Positions 46,171 to 58,715 of a stretch of 63,879 nt of DNA are shown here, in pieces. Position 1 is the first letter of the stretch; every line of letters starts with the position of its first letter. A program made the position numbers and the translations under genes. The notes below the pieces were generated by a model. It saw only the letters and a program-made list of their open reading frames with translations. It was not told where the DNA came from and searched no databases. Source of the DNA: Camelus dromedarius (taxonomy: Eukaryota); assembly GCF_036321535.1 (NCBI RefSeq), contig NC_087447.1, forward strand, positions 6,696,001-6,759,879, given 5' to 3'.

Positions 46171-47548
46171 ACTACAACAACAACACAGCAGTGTGGCAAA
46201 ATGTCTCCTGGTCTAATTCTGCCTCTGCTTCTAGTATGAAATCTCTGCCTGGAGGCAGGAAAGGCTAGGGGTGAGGTGGGAGTCTGAAATTTGTAGGGTC
46301 AAAAGGATGGAAAAGAAGCAGCAGAATGGAAGAAGGGGCTCACTGAGGGCAGCAATGGCCTCCAGACACCAAGCCCCACCTCAGCACCTTCCCCTCCTCT
46401 CTGTCCCCACCATCCCCACCAGGGGCCAGTCCTCTTCCCACCCCGGCTTCTTCCTCTTTGATCTTGGGTCCATCTCTCACTCTACCTGGACAGTGACCCT
46501 TCTGAAACCTGGGCTGACCACGTGTCTCTCCTGCTTCAACTCTGTCAGCAGGTCCCCATGGCCTCAGCTTCAGCCTTGCAAGCAAAACTTTTGGAAGCTG
46601 ACTCCAACCTGCTTTTCCAGCTTCACCATCCTGCCCATCCTGAGCCCCTAGTTCCTTTATGTCACACACCATAAACATTTCTGAATACCTTCCATGTGCA
46701 AATGAATAAACCCTGCAAGGTAGGTATCACTGACTCCATTTTAGAGATGGAGAAACTGAGTCTCAACACAGGCTGGGTTGGACTCAGAGACCTATGCTCT
46801 TTTCACCACATGGTGGCTTTTCTCCTCTCTGTCATTCACTCTGGTGCCTCAGTGCCTTTGCTTATGCATGAGCATAAGCCTGTAGGCCTTCAGCTTTGCC
46901 TCAGAATTGCACCTGGTCACCGTAATGTGCCGACACCACCGCACCCCTGCCCCAAGCACTCCCAGTCATGGTATCCAACTAGGTTGGAAATTTATTTGCT
47001 TCCAAATTTGATATCCTTCCCACAACTAGGCTGTGAGCTGCAGGAAAGCAGGGGCCGAGTCTGTCTGGTGCCCCAGCCCCTGCAGCATGTCTGAGGGCGC
47101 GGTGGATGCTCTGATGAGATGGGTCCACTGATGAGCACAGCTGATCCTTCCTGGCCCAGGCCCAGCCCTCCCTCCTGCCTGCTCCCTCAGTCCTCTGACG
47201 CTGGAGAAGCTGTTGGTCCCTTGCACTAGTCCTGTGGTTATCCTCTCACTCTTGGGTCTCCCCTGACAAACCCCCTGAGCCCAGCGCCTGGCCTATGGCA
47301 GTGCTCAGCCACCTCTTGCCAAACACCTGAATCCATGTTGGAATACCCCCAATTGCACTTTATTCCTGCTTCATTCTCACTATGGGCTCAAAATGAGGTA
47401 GTCTTCCAGAGGGCAGGACCCACCCTGCACAAGGCCCCCTGGGGCTGGGGTCTCCCCCAGGGCCAGCCCATGGCTCCCAGGGACTGGCCCGTCTTCAGGA
47501 AGAGCCCTGGGACAGGGTACTGGGAGTGCAACTACCACAGCAGCAAGT

Positions 47549-47554
47549 TTTATT
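47549..47554 (-). terminator. Candidate CDC42EP2 polyadenylation signal
   Basis: AATAAA on - about 490 nt after the stop. Confidence 0.65.
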
Positions 47555-48044
47555 GCAACCAGAATCCCCTGGTCATGTGGGGGGGGGCAGAGGGGCATCA
47601 GTCACTGATACCATGTTCCCAGTCCATGACACAGAGCCACAGGTCCAGCTGGCCGTGCCCCATGTCTTCCCCCGCCCCCCATCAGGGCATCGGCAGGGCT
47701 GAGGCAGAGGGAGGTAAAAAGCAGAGTCCATTTCAGCACAGCCTTCATCCAAGCGATCTGAGGAGAGGTTGGTGGTCGGGGTCCAGGTGGCCCAAGATGC
47801 ACAGGGCCCTCTGAGCTGACTTCGGCACAAGTTCTCATGGAGTTTGGGGGGAAGCAATGAGGCCACCCTGCCCACAGGGAGAGGGTGGGAGGGAGGGAAA
47901 CAAAGGCTCAAAGTGAGAAATCCCTGGCCAGCAACCACACACAGGTAGGACCTTGGGACCCTGACTTCTAGACCAGGGCCGTGTCCATCCCCTGCCTCCA
48001 GCATTCATTCCGGTCTGGGCACCCAGCCTGGCCATTCTCGGGTC

Positions 48045-48686
48045 CTATGTGGGGATCTGCAGGTGGCCCAGGTCCTGGTCCATGATCTGGAGGACGTCGT
48101 CCAGGATGGAAGGCCCCAGGTCCACGTGCAGGGAAAGCAGGGAGCTGGCATGGGACAGCAAGGGCTCCTCGGCCCCTGACTCGGTCAGCCCACTGTGGGC
48201 CGAGCCAGCCTCTGGAATTCTCCAGATGTCCACGCTCCCTGCCTCCTGCAGGGAGGGCTGTGGGGAAGGCTGAGGGGTCTCCAGATGCAGGCGAGGAGGT
48301 TTGGGTGGGGCCTGGGCGGTGGGCAGGGTGAGGGCTTGGGGTCCACCGATGACAGGGAGGGAGATGGCGTTCTTGAGCAGAGGGGACGGCCCGTCGGGGA
48401 GCTCCCGCCCGCACAGCGTGGCAGTGCGGGTGAACTGGAAGGGGAGCTCGAAGCTGCCATCTTCCTCGGCTTCCTCGACCGCTGTTCCCGGCAGGAGGTG
48501 GAACTTGCCCTGCAGGAAGGAGATGTCACCGAACATGTCACTGCCACCTCCACTGCCGATGTGAATGGTGTGTCGGAAGTCCCCCAGTGGCGGGCTGATC
48601 ATGTCTGAGGACAGCAGGTCCCGCAGCTTCTCCTTCTTGCCCTTGCGGCCGCCGCGCTTCAGGTAGATGGGCACCTTGGTGGACAT
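48045..48686 (-). CDS. CDC42EP2: CDC42 effector protein 2 (BORG1), 213 aa, single coding exon
   Basis: Basic N-terminus, CRIB motif ISPPLGDFRHTIHIG and BD3-like C-terminus LLSLHVDLGPSILDDVLQIMD; matches recalled CDC42EP2. Confidence 0.97.
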   Translation of the reverse strand: MSTKVPIYLKRGGRKGKKEKLRDLLSSDMISPPLGDFRHTIHIGSGGGSDMFGDISFLQGKFHLLPGTAVEEAEEDGSFELPFQFTRTATLCGRELPDGPSPLLKNAISLPVIGGPQALTLPTAQAPPKPPRLHLETPQPSPQPSLQEAGSVDIWRIPEAGSAHSGLTESGAEEPLLSHASSLLSLHVDLGPSILDDVLQIMDQDLGHLQIPT

Positions 48687-50256
48687 GGTGATCTCGCCAC
48701 CCAGGCCTGGCTGTCAAGGCCGGGACAGTCCGCTCACCGGGACCACGGCCTCTGCTGCCTCCTCTCACCACCCTCAACCAGCAACGCCCAGAGAGAGCTT
48801 TCCAGACACCAAAATCTTGCCAAAGGTCTAAGACTAGGGTGTGAGGTGTGATTGAAGTTGGCCCAAGGAATTAGGAAAAGAAAGATTAATGATCAACGAA
48901 GTCAGAGGGTCGAGATAACAAAAACCCTCTCTCCCCAAAGGGCTGAAAATTCTTCTGAAAACTGGAAGTAGGAAGGTGCAGAGCTCTTCCACAGTGATGC
49001 TCTCTGGGCTTGTCCTTGCCAATTTCTCTCCGGTTCGTGACTGAGGAGCTGAAATACCAAGGGTAAAGTCAGGGATAGAAGGACAAAAGGCAGAAGCGTC
49101 CTCCAGGAGCCCACATGGGGCCACACTCCCGTGAGGAGCCCTCCTGGCAGAGGCCCGTGTTCACTCACAGGCTTACTGCCCCTCAGGGCCTGGATCACCA
49201 GCGCCAGTTTTTTTTACATCAGCCAACACTGACAAATTTATTCTAAAATATCATTTCTATATGCAAGCATGAGCAACAAAATGCATTACTAATTATCTCC
49301 TAGAAATTAATTTTAGAAAGGAAAAAGCAGTAAAGGAAATATGCAGAAAATGTACCCATAAAGCATTAGGCGTCATGGGGGTGCCTACAAGTGGGGAACC
49401 TGAGTGACAGGCCTGAAGTCATATCCACAGCCCTGGCTCTGGTCTCTTGTCCTGGGTCCCCAGCTCTGCTCATCAGCATTGTCTGGGGGCTTACCCCCTG
49501 TTGCACTCAACTCTGCCCTAAGACATGACCAGTGCTAAATTGTGTGGGGGTCTCACGGATTTGTCTCAGCCCCCTACTTGGCCGAGGATGGAGATCTTGT
49601 AACTTCTGTCTTGCCCACCCAGACCAGATGCACAGCAGGTGTTCAGCCACCAGTGCCTAACGACTGCCACCTCCACCTCCCATTTGGCTCCCTTACATCC
49701 CACCTGGAAGTGAGGTCACTTCAGAGTTTCCCTTTTCTCCTCCTGTGGGTTAGGAGTTTCTCACAGACAGGGGCTGAGTCTTATATAGTTTCTGCCCCTT
49801 CTCCCTGCCCTAGCACCTAAGAGGAAGACGGACTGGGGGTGGGGGGTACAGATACATGGTTGGGGTGCAGGGGAAGGTTCTGCTCCAAGCCTGGAATTTG
49901 CAAACATATCCCATTTAATCACCACAACCATCCTGCTACATTCGCATTTAAAAATTAGAGCTATCGGACATTTTGGAGAGATTCCCACAAGGCGTTGCAG
50001 GAGAGAAGCAAACTGCAAAAATGTAGCCTAGAAGATTCCATGTACTGAAAGCGCTAACCAGCTCCCCTCCCCACCCCCCCACATGTATGTGTGTGTAACT
50101 ACATATCCGGGTCTGCACAGGATTATATCCGATGCTGGAACAGAGAAGAACGTGGAAGGCCAGCACTAGGCTCATATGGCTGCCTAGACTGGTGTGTCGG
50201 GTCAGCAACATGAGAGGAAATTTGTCCTCCACGAAAGTTATCCTTAATATTTGGTC

Positions 50257-50336
50257 CTATTACTAAAAAATGATGTGTGGAAGCTAAATATGAAAGCTAT
50301 TACTAAAAAATGATGTGTAAAAGCTAAATATGAAAG
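50257..50336. repeat. 40-bp tandem duplication (2 copies, 2 mismatches)
   Basis: CTATTACTAAAAAATGATGTGT(GG/AA)AAGCTAAATATGAAAG twice. Confidence 0.95.
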
Positions 50337-51559
50337 GCTGATCACCAAAACGTTGAGAGGAGTTCTCTCCAGGTGGGAGAATTTCAGGTGACTTTCCCTT
50401 TCTTGGTCGTACTTTCATAAGCTCAAATTCTTCATAATAAACATATATTATTTATGAGCACATATTATTCATGTAATCAGAAAAAATCAAAGATATTTTT
50501 AATGTGGAAAAAAGTACATACACTCTGGAAGGGTGTCATACAGGTTTAACAGAAAAAGGAAGTGGAGCGAGCACTCCCTCTGGTTCCCATGTTGGGAGAT
50601 TGGCGCAATATGTAGAATCAGAGCATGAAAGACAGAGAAACCTATCCAAGGTCACCCAGCAGGTAACCAGAGGAGCCCACCCTCCCAGGGGGCAGCAGGG
50701 GCTGAGCAGGAGGGAAATCGTTGGGGAAGGGTGAGCAGCAGCAGGAAGGCCTCTGCCAGTTCCTCTGCCTCAGTCTTCATCCCACGCGGGGTGAGGGAAG
50801 ACTGAGGGGGCTGGCAGGAGGGAGCAGGAAGGAGGATGCAGAAGAGGCAGAATCCCAACTATCCGCTCCCCCTACCCCAGCCCAGGCCCTTACTCAGGAA
50901 ACCCCACCCCAGGACCGGACACTCTGGGTCAGTCGTGCTGAGCCACAGAGACCGGACATCTTGCTCCTCCCAGAGCACCTGCAGCTTAACAGGAAACAAA
51001 GGAATGACTCTCAGGTGGCAGAATTCCAGTTAAGCTTGGAAGGAGCTGGGGGAAGGGCAGGGAGGCAGTGAGTGCTCTGAGGTCTTGGAATCTCATCGCT
51101 TATTTATCCAACAGACATTCATCCCTGCCTGCCATGCCAGGTCTGGGGGGGGCAGGCTGACACACATCCTAACTGTCCCCTTGGCAGACGAGAAGTCCTG
51201 GGGTCGCTTTTCCTTCCTTTTCACTCATGGGGAGGGGAGTTGGCTGGTGGGATTTGCCCAGAACTCGGGCCAACCCCGCCCCCCATCATACAGGGGCGCC
51301 AAGACAGCCTGAGCGTTTCCATAACAGATCCAGCATCCCTGACAGCTCTCTTGCACTGAGCCAGATGTACCCACCCAATTCCAGATGTGGGGAGAACTGA
51401 AGCTGGGGGGAAGGGTTGAGCCAGTGTCAGCCACCAGGGGAGCGCTGGGAATTGCAACCATCAAGCCCCAAGTATTCAGATTTGGCAACCACGAGACCCC
51501 AGGCTCCAGCTATCCTTGCACGGTTTCCATCTTCATGCTCTCAGGCACAGCACGATGGT

Positions 51560-51680
51560 GGGTGGCATTACTAGCCTTTACAGAGGCAGAAGCTGAATCT
51601 CAGAGATGTTAAGTAACTTTGCCAAGGTCACCCAGCTAGTAAGCAGAAAAGTGGGCACTGCTACCCAGCTGGGTCCCTAT
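51560..51680 (-). mobile_element. MIR
   Basis: TTTACAGAGGCAGAAGCTGAATCTCAGAGATGTTAAGTAACTTTGCCAAGGTCACCCAGCTAGTAAG. Confidence 0.8.
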
Positions 51681-52470
51681 GGCTCTGATGCAGGGCGCCA
51701 TGCCAACCTCTGTAAACTGCTTGGGGAGCAGGAGAGAAATAGGCTCCCAACCGGGCTGAAGCCATCAGGCCCCCAAGTCTCCTCCATTTAAGTTTTGCCT
51801 CTTGGCTGCCCCCATCTCTCAGCCTACAGGTGTCCAGAGATACGAGAATGAGCTCTCCATCAGAACAAGGCTCTAGGGGACTGGGATGCATGGCTTCCTG
51901 TAGCTTTGGGAGGAGCAGATGGGAGCCATTCCAGCTCTGTGGGCTTGCGCTGGAAGGAGCCCTGGACCTCCTTCAGAGAAAATGACTTCTTGGAGGCAGA
52001 GCTCCTCCTGTCACAAGGAATACTAGGCCATGCTCCACTTGCGGTGTCCAAAAAGCGGTCCCCTGACCTTGAAATCAGGAGACGGAACTGAAATCCATCT
52101 CCACCTGAGACCCACTCTAACCTTGGGTAAGACACCTTTCCTTTCTGGGCGTCACCTTCCTCATCTATGAAATGGGATGATAATGAAACCATCACCAGGG
52201 GGCTGCTGGAGACCCTAATCCATACTACAAGTAAGAGAGGGCGCCGATGTACAACAAACGACAAAGGGTTAGCAGGTATTTATTCAGCAAATAGCTGTTA
52301 AGGCCTTCCTCGTGCATTTTGGTTCTCCAGGGACAGTGCTCCAAATAAAACCAAAACTAAACAGCCCGTTCGCCTCCTCCTGCCAGCTGCGACGTAGCCT
52401 GCATAGAGTCTCCCTCGCGGGTCGCGGGGTCCCCCTGCGTCGCTGTGCAGAGCGGCGCTCGGCTCCGAGG

Positions 52471-52484
52471 CCGCTAGGTGGCGC
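52471..52484 (+). promoter_or_regulatory. CTCF motif CCGCTAGGTGGCGC
   Basis: Near-ideal match to the CTCF core CC(A/G)(C/G)(C/T)AG(A/G)(G/T)GGC(A/G)(C/G). Confidence 0.6.
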
Positions 52485-53261
52485 GCGCACTCCCACTACT
52501 GCCCCGCGTCCCTGCGGAGTCCCGGGGCGCACAGGGGTCTCCAGCGCGTCTCGCGCTCCAAGCAGGCGCCCCCCAGGGAGCGGCACGTTTGCGTACCAGA
52601 AGCGAATTATCTGCGGGATTGTCTTCTCTTGAAGGGGGTTCTGGTGTCACCACCAGACAATCAGGGGGAAAAGGGAGCGATCGGGGATCCTGCCCTGGTA
52701 TCCAAGCTCTGGGAGGAGCCTCTCCCATGCTTTCCGGCCTGGGCGATGTCTGACTGTCCGCTCGGCGCACGGCCAGAGCTCGGGCCCCCGCCCCTGGCTC
52801 CCACGGGTCCAGCTCTCAGTCTCAGCTCGGGTTCCGGCGCCGACCCTTCCCCGCCCTCTGCCCGAGAGCAGCCCAGCCCAGCCCAGCCCGGATCCGTTTC
52901 AGGACACTAGCAGCCACGGCTAAAGATAGGAGGACACCTCACCATTGACTAAAAATACGACCCCAAGCCTGGACGGGGACGCTGGGCAACTGGAGGGCAC
53001 TCTCGGCTCCCGAGGGGTGGGGCGGGGGTCCTGGCGCAGCGTGGAGAGAGGGACCGGGAAAGTTCGGATTCCGGATGCGCAGCTCCCCGGGACCGAGGCA
53101 CTGGCGGGAAACACCGTGTAGCCTGAGGAACCAGGGAAAAGATCTACGTGGAGGTGAGCTGGGGGTCGGGCGCGAGGTAGGATGGGGTGCCTCCAGAATG
53201 GGCCTCTCGAGGGACTCCCTAGGAGCCGCGGTACGGCTGCAGAGTCCCGGCCTGAACTCAC

Positions 53262-53400
53262 CTCGACGCTCGTAGGCGGCCGACTTGGGGGGCAGCAAAA
53301 GCTCAGGAGCTGGACCGCGCGGCGATGGGACCAACCTAGGCTGTGAACTTACTGTGCGGACCGTGGCCCCTGAATCCCCGCCTCCGACCCGCGGAGCCAA
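53262..53400 (-). other. CDC42EP2: CDC42EP2 probable non-coding exon 1 (5' end approximate); splices to an acceptor at 49040
   Basis: Donor GAG|GTGAGT at 53261 in a CpG island; acceptor CTCCTCAG|TCAC at 49041. Confidence 0.7.
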
Positions 53401-53956
53401 TGTCGGGGCCGCCTCAACCAGGCCCCGCCCACAGCCCCGCCCTGCTCCGGGGCCCTTCGGAGCTCCCCCTTTGGAGGCTCCGCGCCGGGGTCCAGCAGCC
53501 GCGCGCGCCCAAGGGTCCAGTCCAGGTTTGGGCGGCCACTGCCTAGACGGCTTCGGGAGCTCGGGCTGAACTCCGCGAACTCCGGCGGTGCCCGTCGGAG
53601 CCAAAACTCTCGGCTCTAGGAAGGCCGAGAGGGTGGCAGCGGGAAGACCGAATTCTTCAGAATTCGCGGAGTGCCCTTGGACGAATTCCCTCCCTTGAAG
53701 GGCTGGGCCAGGGGAGGCGCCCGCACAAGTGTATTCGGTGACTACAAAGGAAATGAATGAGGGCTTGGAGGCACCTACATTAAAATTTTTCGAACTTCCT
53801 AGAGCTTTCAGGAGTTTGCCGCCCCCTAGAAAAGAGGGCATTGAGGGTGTTTGGGCAAAGGGGCTTGGCCACACCCGTATTTGCTGTCAGACTAGGTGGC
53901 TTCCGGGGCGGGGGTGGGACCCTAAACTCATTCCAACGTTGGTTGTTTGATTGGCT

Positions 53957-53980
53957 GGTTGGTTGGTTGGTTGGTTGGTT
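53957..53980. repeat. (GGTT)6 microsatellite at an L2 tail
   Basis: Read directly. Confidence 0.9.
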
Positions 53981-54452
53981 CATTCATTAGGTACTGGAAA
54001 CATTTGCTGAAAGGCTGGCGATGGACTGAAGAGAACTCTGCTCTTGCTCCTTTCGGCGATCCAGCCGATATTTGTTGAGCATCGATAGGAGCCAGGTGCT
54101 GTTCTTGTGGCCAAGGATTAAGCTCCCTCTGTGGGACAAACTGTCCAATGAACGGAGATGGAGGAAACCCAAGTCCCCAAGCACACAGTGATACCCTTGT
54201 GGGTGGGCAAGTGCTAAGAAGAGTGGGGGCAAAGGAAGAGTGGAGATAATGGGGTGAGGGGACCTTGCTTTCTGGAGAGACAGCCATGACAGCACAATGT
54301 GACCAGGATGGTAAAAGCTTCCATACTGTAAGTGTGGGAGGGACTCCTAGAGAGAGGAGGTCAGGATGGCTACCTGAAGGAGGGAAGGATGCTGGGGGTG
54401 GGAGTGGGGGAGAGCCAAGTCAGGAGGGAATGAAGAATGGGAAGCAGGGAAA

Positions 54453-54935
54453 TGGGTAGGCAGAGGAATGGCCCCCCATAAAGTTGTCCACATCTCAGTT
54501 CTCTGGAACCTGTGAATGTTTTGTTACATGGCAAAGAATAATTAAGTTTGCCAGTGGAATTAGTTACTAATCAACTGACTTTAAAATAGAGAGATTATCC
54601 TGAATTAGATGGGTGGACCTAGTGTAATAAAAATGGTCCTTAAAAGTGGAAGTGAGAGACAGGAGAGTCAGAGAAAGAGGTGTGATAATACAGAAATGCT
54701 CTGTTGCTGCCTTTGATGATGGAAGAAGGGGCCACAAGCAAAGGAATGTGGGCAACCTCTAGAAACTGGAAAAGACAAGGAAACAGATTCTCCCCTAGAG
54801 CCTCCAGAAGGAACATGGCCCTGCTGACCCCAGGTTGGACTTCTAACCCACAGAACCATAAGTGAATACATTTGTATTATTTTAAGCCGCCAAGTTTGTG
54901 ATAATTTGTTACAGCAGAAATAGAAAACTAATACA
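54453..54935 (+). mobile_element. MaLR solo LTR (MLT1D-like) with intact 5-bp TSD
   Basis: Starts TG, ends ...GAAAACTAATACA; GGAAA on both flanks (54448-54452, 54936-54940). Confidence 0.9.
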
Positions 54936-57900
54936 GGAAATCTTCAGGTTTTAACTTTGAGCCTTCCTGGCCCCTCCTTCAACTCCCCAGGGGAATTATC
55001 AGTCAGGTGGATTCCACCAGGGCTGGCCTATTAGCTCAGAAGAAAACTGAGGCCTGGGCAGTGGAGGAAGAGGACCCTTAGCCAAGTTGCAGTGTGGGTG
55101 GGTGAGGGTTATATCTCTCCTCCTTCCTGCCACCCAGGCTCTGCCAGGCACCCACCCACCCAGATCTACCTGTGCCCTTTACCAAGAGCCTTTTTCCTCT
55201 GAGCTCCTCAAATCTTCTGAGAGTCTAGAGAGGGCTCCCCCTTTACAGAAACGGAAACCAAATCTCGGGGCACTAACAGTGATCTGCTTCGCCTGAAAGT
55301 GGCAGGACATGCTGGCTCTAAGCCCTCCTTCCTGTTCAGGCTTCTCACCCAACCATTGTCCCCCCTGCCCTCCCCTCCTTCCCACAACACAGCCAGGTTG
55401 GGGGTACAGCTCAGTGCCAAGCCCTGAGCACTGCCTCTCAGCCACAGATCCAGGTTCTGAGCTGGCTCTGCTGCCAACTTGCTCTGTGGCCACAGGCAAA
55501 GAAAGACAGTCCCTTTCAGAGCCTCCTTGCCTGTGAAGTAGGAGTTACAGGAGTCCCAAACAAGGTGAGGGACTTGAGCATGTTTTGTTGATGGGAACAC
55601 ACAGGCCCCGCAGGCAGCAGTTTCATGGAAACATTATAACAGGAGGTTGAGGGGATGGTGGCTGGCTTTGCCACCTGACCTGGAATGAGTCTCATGATGA
55701 ACAATGACTCCCTGAGCCTGCGGCTGAGGCACAGCCCCCACCCTCTGCCCATCAGCTGAGTGTCCTCCGCTGGGGAAAGGGGCTTGGGGAAGGGTCAGGA
55801 GCCCCATTCAGGGATGGTGACAAAACAGCGACAGGGATAATAGCTTGGAGAGGCAAAGACACTCATCCAAGGCCACTCAAATCCAGTAACCAACTCCAGA
55901 GCATTTTGGAGAGGTTCTGGGTGGGGGACAATTGGGGAGCATTGGGGAATGGATAAAGAGCAGCAGATTTGGACCCCAAGTCTGATCCAACCCCCTGCTT
56001 CCTTCCCTCAGCAACTAGTGGTCTGTCTAGCCTGGCTTTTAGACCAGGGCTCCTGACCAGGACCCAAAGCCACAGGAACCCCCATCTGCGCTGTGGGGCC
56101 TGTTTTAAGCCCACCTGGATGTGACATGGTTCCACCCAGCGCTGGCTCCTGGTGCTGCTGGTACACTCCTGCCATCAGCGAAAGCTCAGCTCCCACAAAG
56201 CCCACATCCGAGGCCCAATTTTGGCCTAGCGGTGGGCTCTGCGCTTTGCAAGCGCTCAGGTAGGCGGTCCATTCTCACCATTCATAGATGCGGTTATGTC
56301 TCTTGGCTGGGGCCCGAGGAATCCCTGGGGAGCCAACTGCTGGCTCTCTCATCTCTGCTGAATGGATGGCCTCTTTGCTCACACACCCAGCATTGCCATG
56401 GCAGCCCTGAAGTTAATGAGCATCTATAAAACAGGATTTCATTGACTAAAATTGGCTTTTTTACACAACTTCTCAGGCCATGTGTAAAGACCTAAGTATG
56501 AGCCATGGGAGGGCTGGGCGGTCCTGCAGCTCTGACCCAATAGACAATCAGGCCAAGTGCCCCCTGCCCAGTCTGACCCCATGTCCAGTGTCTAGTGTCT
56601 CAGCCAGGGCCTGGACTGTTCTTGCTGGAAGGGTTTTTGGACACCCTGGTATCTGAGGGGGTAGGACCCTGAGGGACATTTGGGAGAGGTTAGAGACAAG
56701 GAAGGCTGGATGGAGAAATGCCAAGACTAGAGTATTCAAATTTCTTCTCCTCAGCCTGAGGCCTCACCCTGAGATAGCACCCCTCTGTCCCCCACCCCCT
56801 ACACTCCCACGGCTGCTCCCCCCTAACAGGGACCTGTAATCACCACGCAGGGACTGACTCAGCCCTTCCTTCCTCTCCCAGCCTCTTCTTCCTGGAAATC
56901 ACACACATCAGCAGGCCCAGCCCTCAAGGGCCCTGGGGGATAGAGCTGGAAGCCCCTTCTCCAAAGTTAGCTGGGAGAATGGAGGATCTGACAGCCCAGT
57001 AGGAATCCCAGGCTGGAGCCAGCTCTCCTTGCCACTACTCACCCGGAGACCTAGGGAGGCAGGTGGGACAATGAGGACCAGGAGTCTGGGGACAGGTCTG
57101 GGAATAGGGGGTCCCAAGGAAAGGATAGTGGTACTCTTGGGGGCATCTCAAGGGGCAGTGAGAGGAGACGAGGTCTCTGGAGCTCTCCCCACCCCCATTC
57201 TGTGCCACAGGGAGGCAGTGAGCGGGCCAGGAACTCATCACCGCTAGGAAGCCGTCTCCATCCCAGCTGAGCTCAGCCTGCAGGGCCCCATGGCCTGAGC
57301 CAACCCCAGGCCTGGGTTGGATTTTTCCTCCCCTGGGGTCCTGCCAACTCCAGCCCTGCCCTCCTCGCTCCTCGCTCGCCTTCAGAGAACTGTGACCCAG
57401 CAGAGGCTGGGATTTGAGATGAGAGTCCCTCAAACCTACCCCCAGCCTCTGCCTCTGCCCTGGACCCCTCCTGGGGAGTTAGATGGCAGGGCCTTACTGG
57501 GGGACTTTCCTTTGGGTCTGGATATTTGGCCCCACGCCCGAGGCCATGGGAGTTTCCAGAGTGGTGACAGCCCTGTCCTAGCAGGGACCAGTCCAGGGAC
57601 TTCCTCCTGGAGGTCTCTGGGAGCGTCCAAGCCACATGGCTGTCTTTTGGCCTGTAAGGGGAACACAGAGTCAGCAGGGATTGTCTTCAACACTTCCCAC
57701 CCCTTCAAGGTACTTTGTCGTTATTTGTTTAGAAAACTCATCTGCATCTACCTTGTGCCTGGGGTTGTTCTGACTAGAGAAGACACCGATGACAGAGGCT
57801 GGGCCCCAGCCCTTAGGGAGCAGGTAGCCAAAGTGACACAAATAACTAATTCTAAAACAGCACATTCTGTGCCATAATGGAGGTCCTTGAAAGCAGAGGC

Positions 57901-58269
57901 CAGCTCTGATTTACCTCTTTCTATCCCAAGCAGCATGGATAAAGCTCAGTCAGGGACTGTGGATTGAATGAAGAACCAAAAAGAACAGCAATGAGAAGGA
58001 TTTGTTCTGCTAGATGGGGCGTTGGAGGGGGGAGCAGATGGAAGAATTAGGAAGGCTTCAAGGAGGAGGTGATATCTGAGCAGGTTAGTAATGTATGAGT
58101 AGGAGTTTTCCAGGCAGAGAAAGGAAAGGATATTCTAGGAGAAGCAGGCAGAGGAAAAGTCAAAGGCCAGAAAGAGTGTACTTGGTGTGATCGAGAAACA
58201 AGAGATGTCCAGTAGACCATGGAATAGGAGAAGGGGAGAGACAGAGTGGGTAATGGGTAAGCACTGTTT

Positions 58270-58715
58270 TCCTTGCCCAGCACTCATCCCTCTTATTCTG
58301 GTGACCACTCCTCAATTTTCCAGAGTCTCCAGTGTGACTGACCCCACCCCTAAATTCTAAGAGTAGATTTGAGACCCCAGCCTAGCCAATCTGAGTCATA
58401 AGGATGGTTTAGGGATGAGCATATGTCGCCAGTGAGCTTTAGCCTGAGGACTTGCTGTGACCATTAGGGTTACAAATACTAAGATGTCAACTCAGGCTGC
58501 TGGTGGCCAGCTCTGCCACCTTGAGGGAAGAGCCTGCCTGAGAATAAAGCCAGCACAGGGAAAAGCAGAGCCAAGAGAATGATTCTCAATGACATTACTT
58601 GCACTTATGGATCCAGCCATGCTTGAAGCAGACATCTATTATATGAACGAACAAATGACAGTTTTTGTTTAGTTCAGTTGGAACTGGGTTTCTGTCACTT
58701 GCCACTGAGAATCCT
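58270..58715. mobile_element. Old MLT1-family LTR (approximate)
   Basis: Motifs CCTAGCCAAT, GCCTGCCTGAGAAT, GGATCCAGCCATGCTTGAAG, TGGGTTTCTGTCACTTG. Confidence 0.65.

Larger units (their letters stand above)
52350..53720. promoter_or_regulatory. CpG island / CDC42EP2 promoter and intron 1 start
   Basis: CpG-rich with several GC boxes (CCCCGCCC ~53424-53441). Confidence 0.85.

Noticed and set aside
45593-46239. ORFs consisting mostly of X (also 34079-34809 and 37162-37560)
   Set aside because: Artefacts of N gaps.
52939-53874. 311-aa ORF on - across the CDC42EP2 promoter
   Set aside because: Low-complexity G/P/A/R-rich translation of a CpG island where stops are depleted; it crosses the exon-1 donor.
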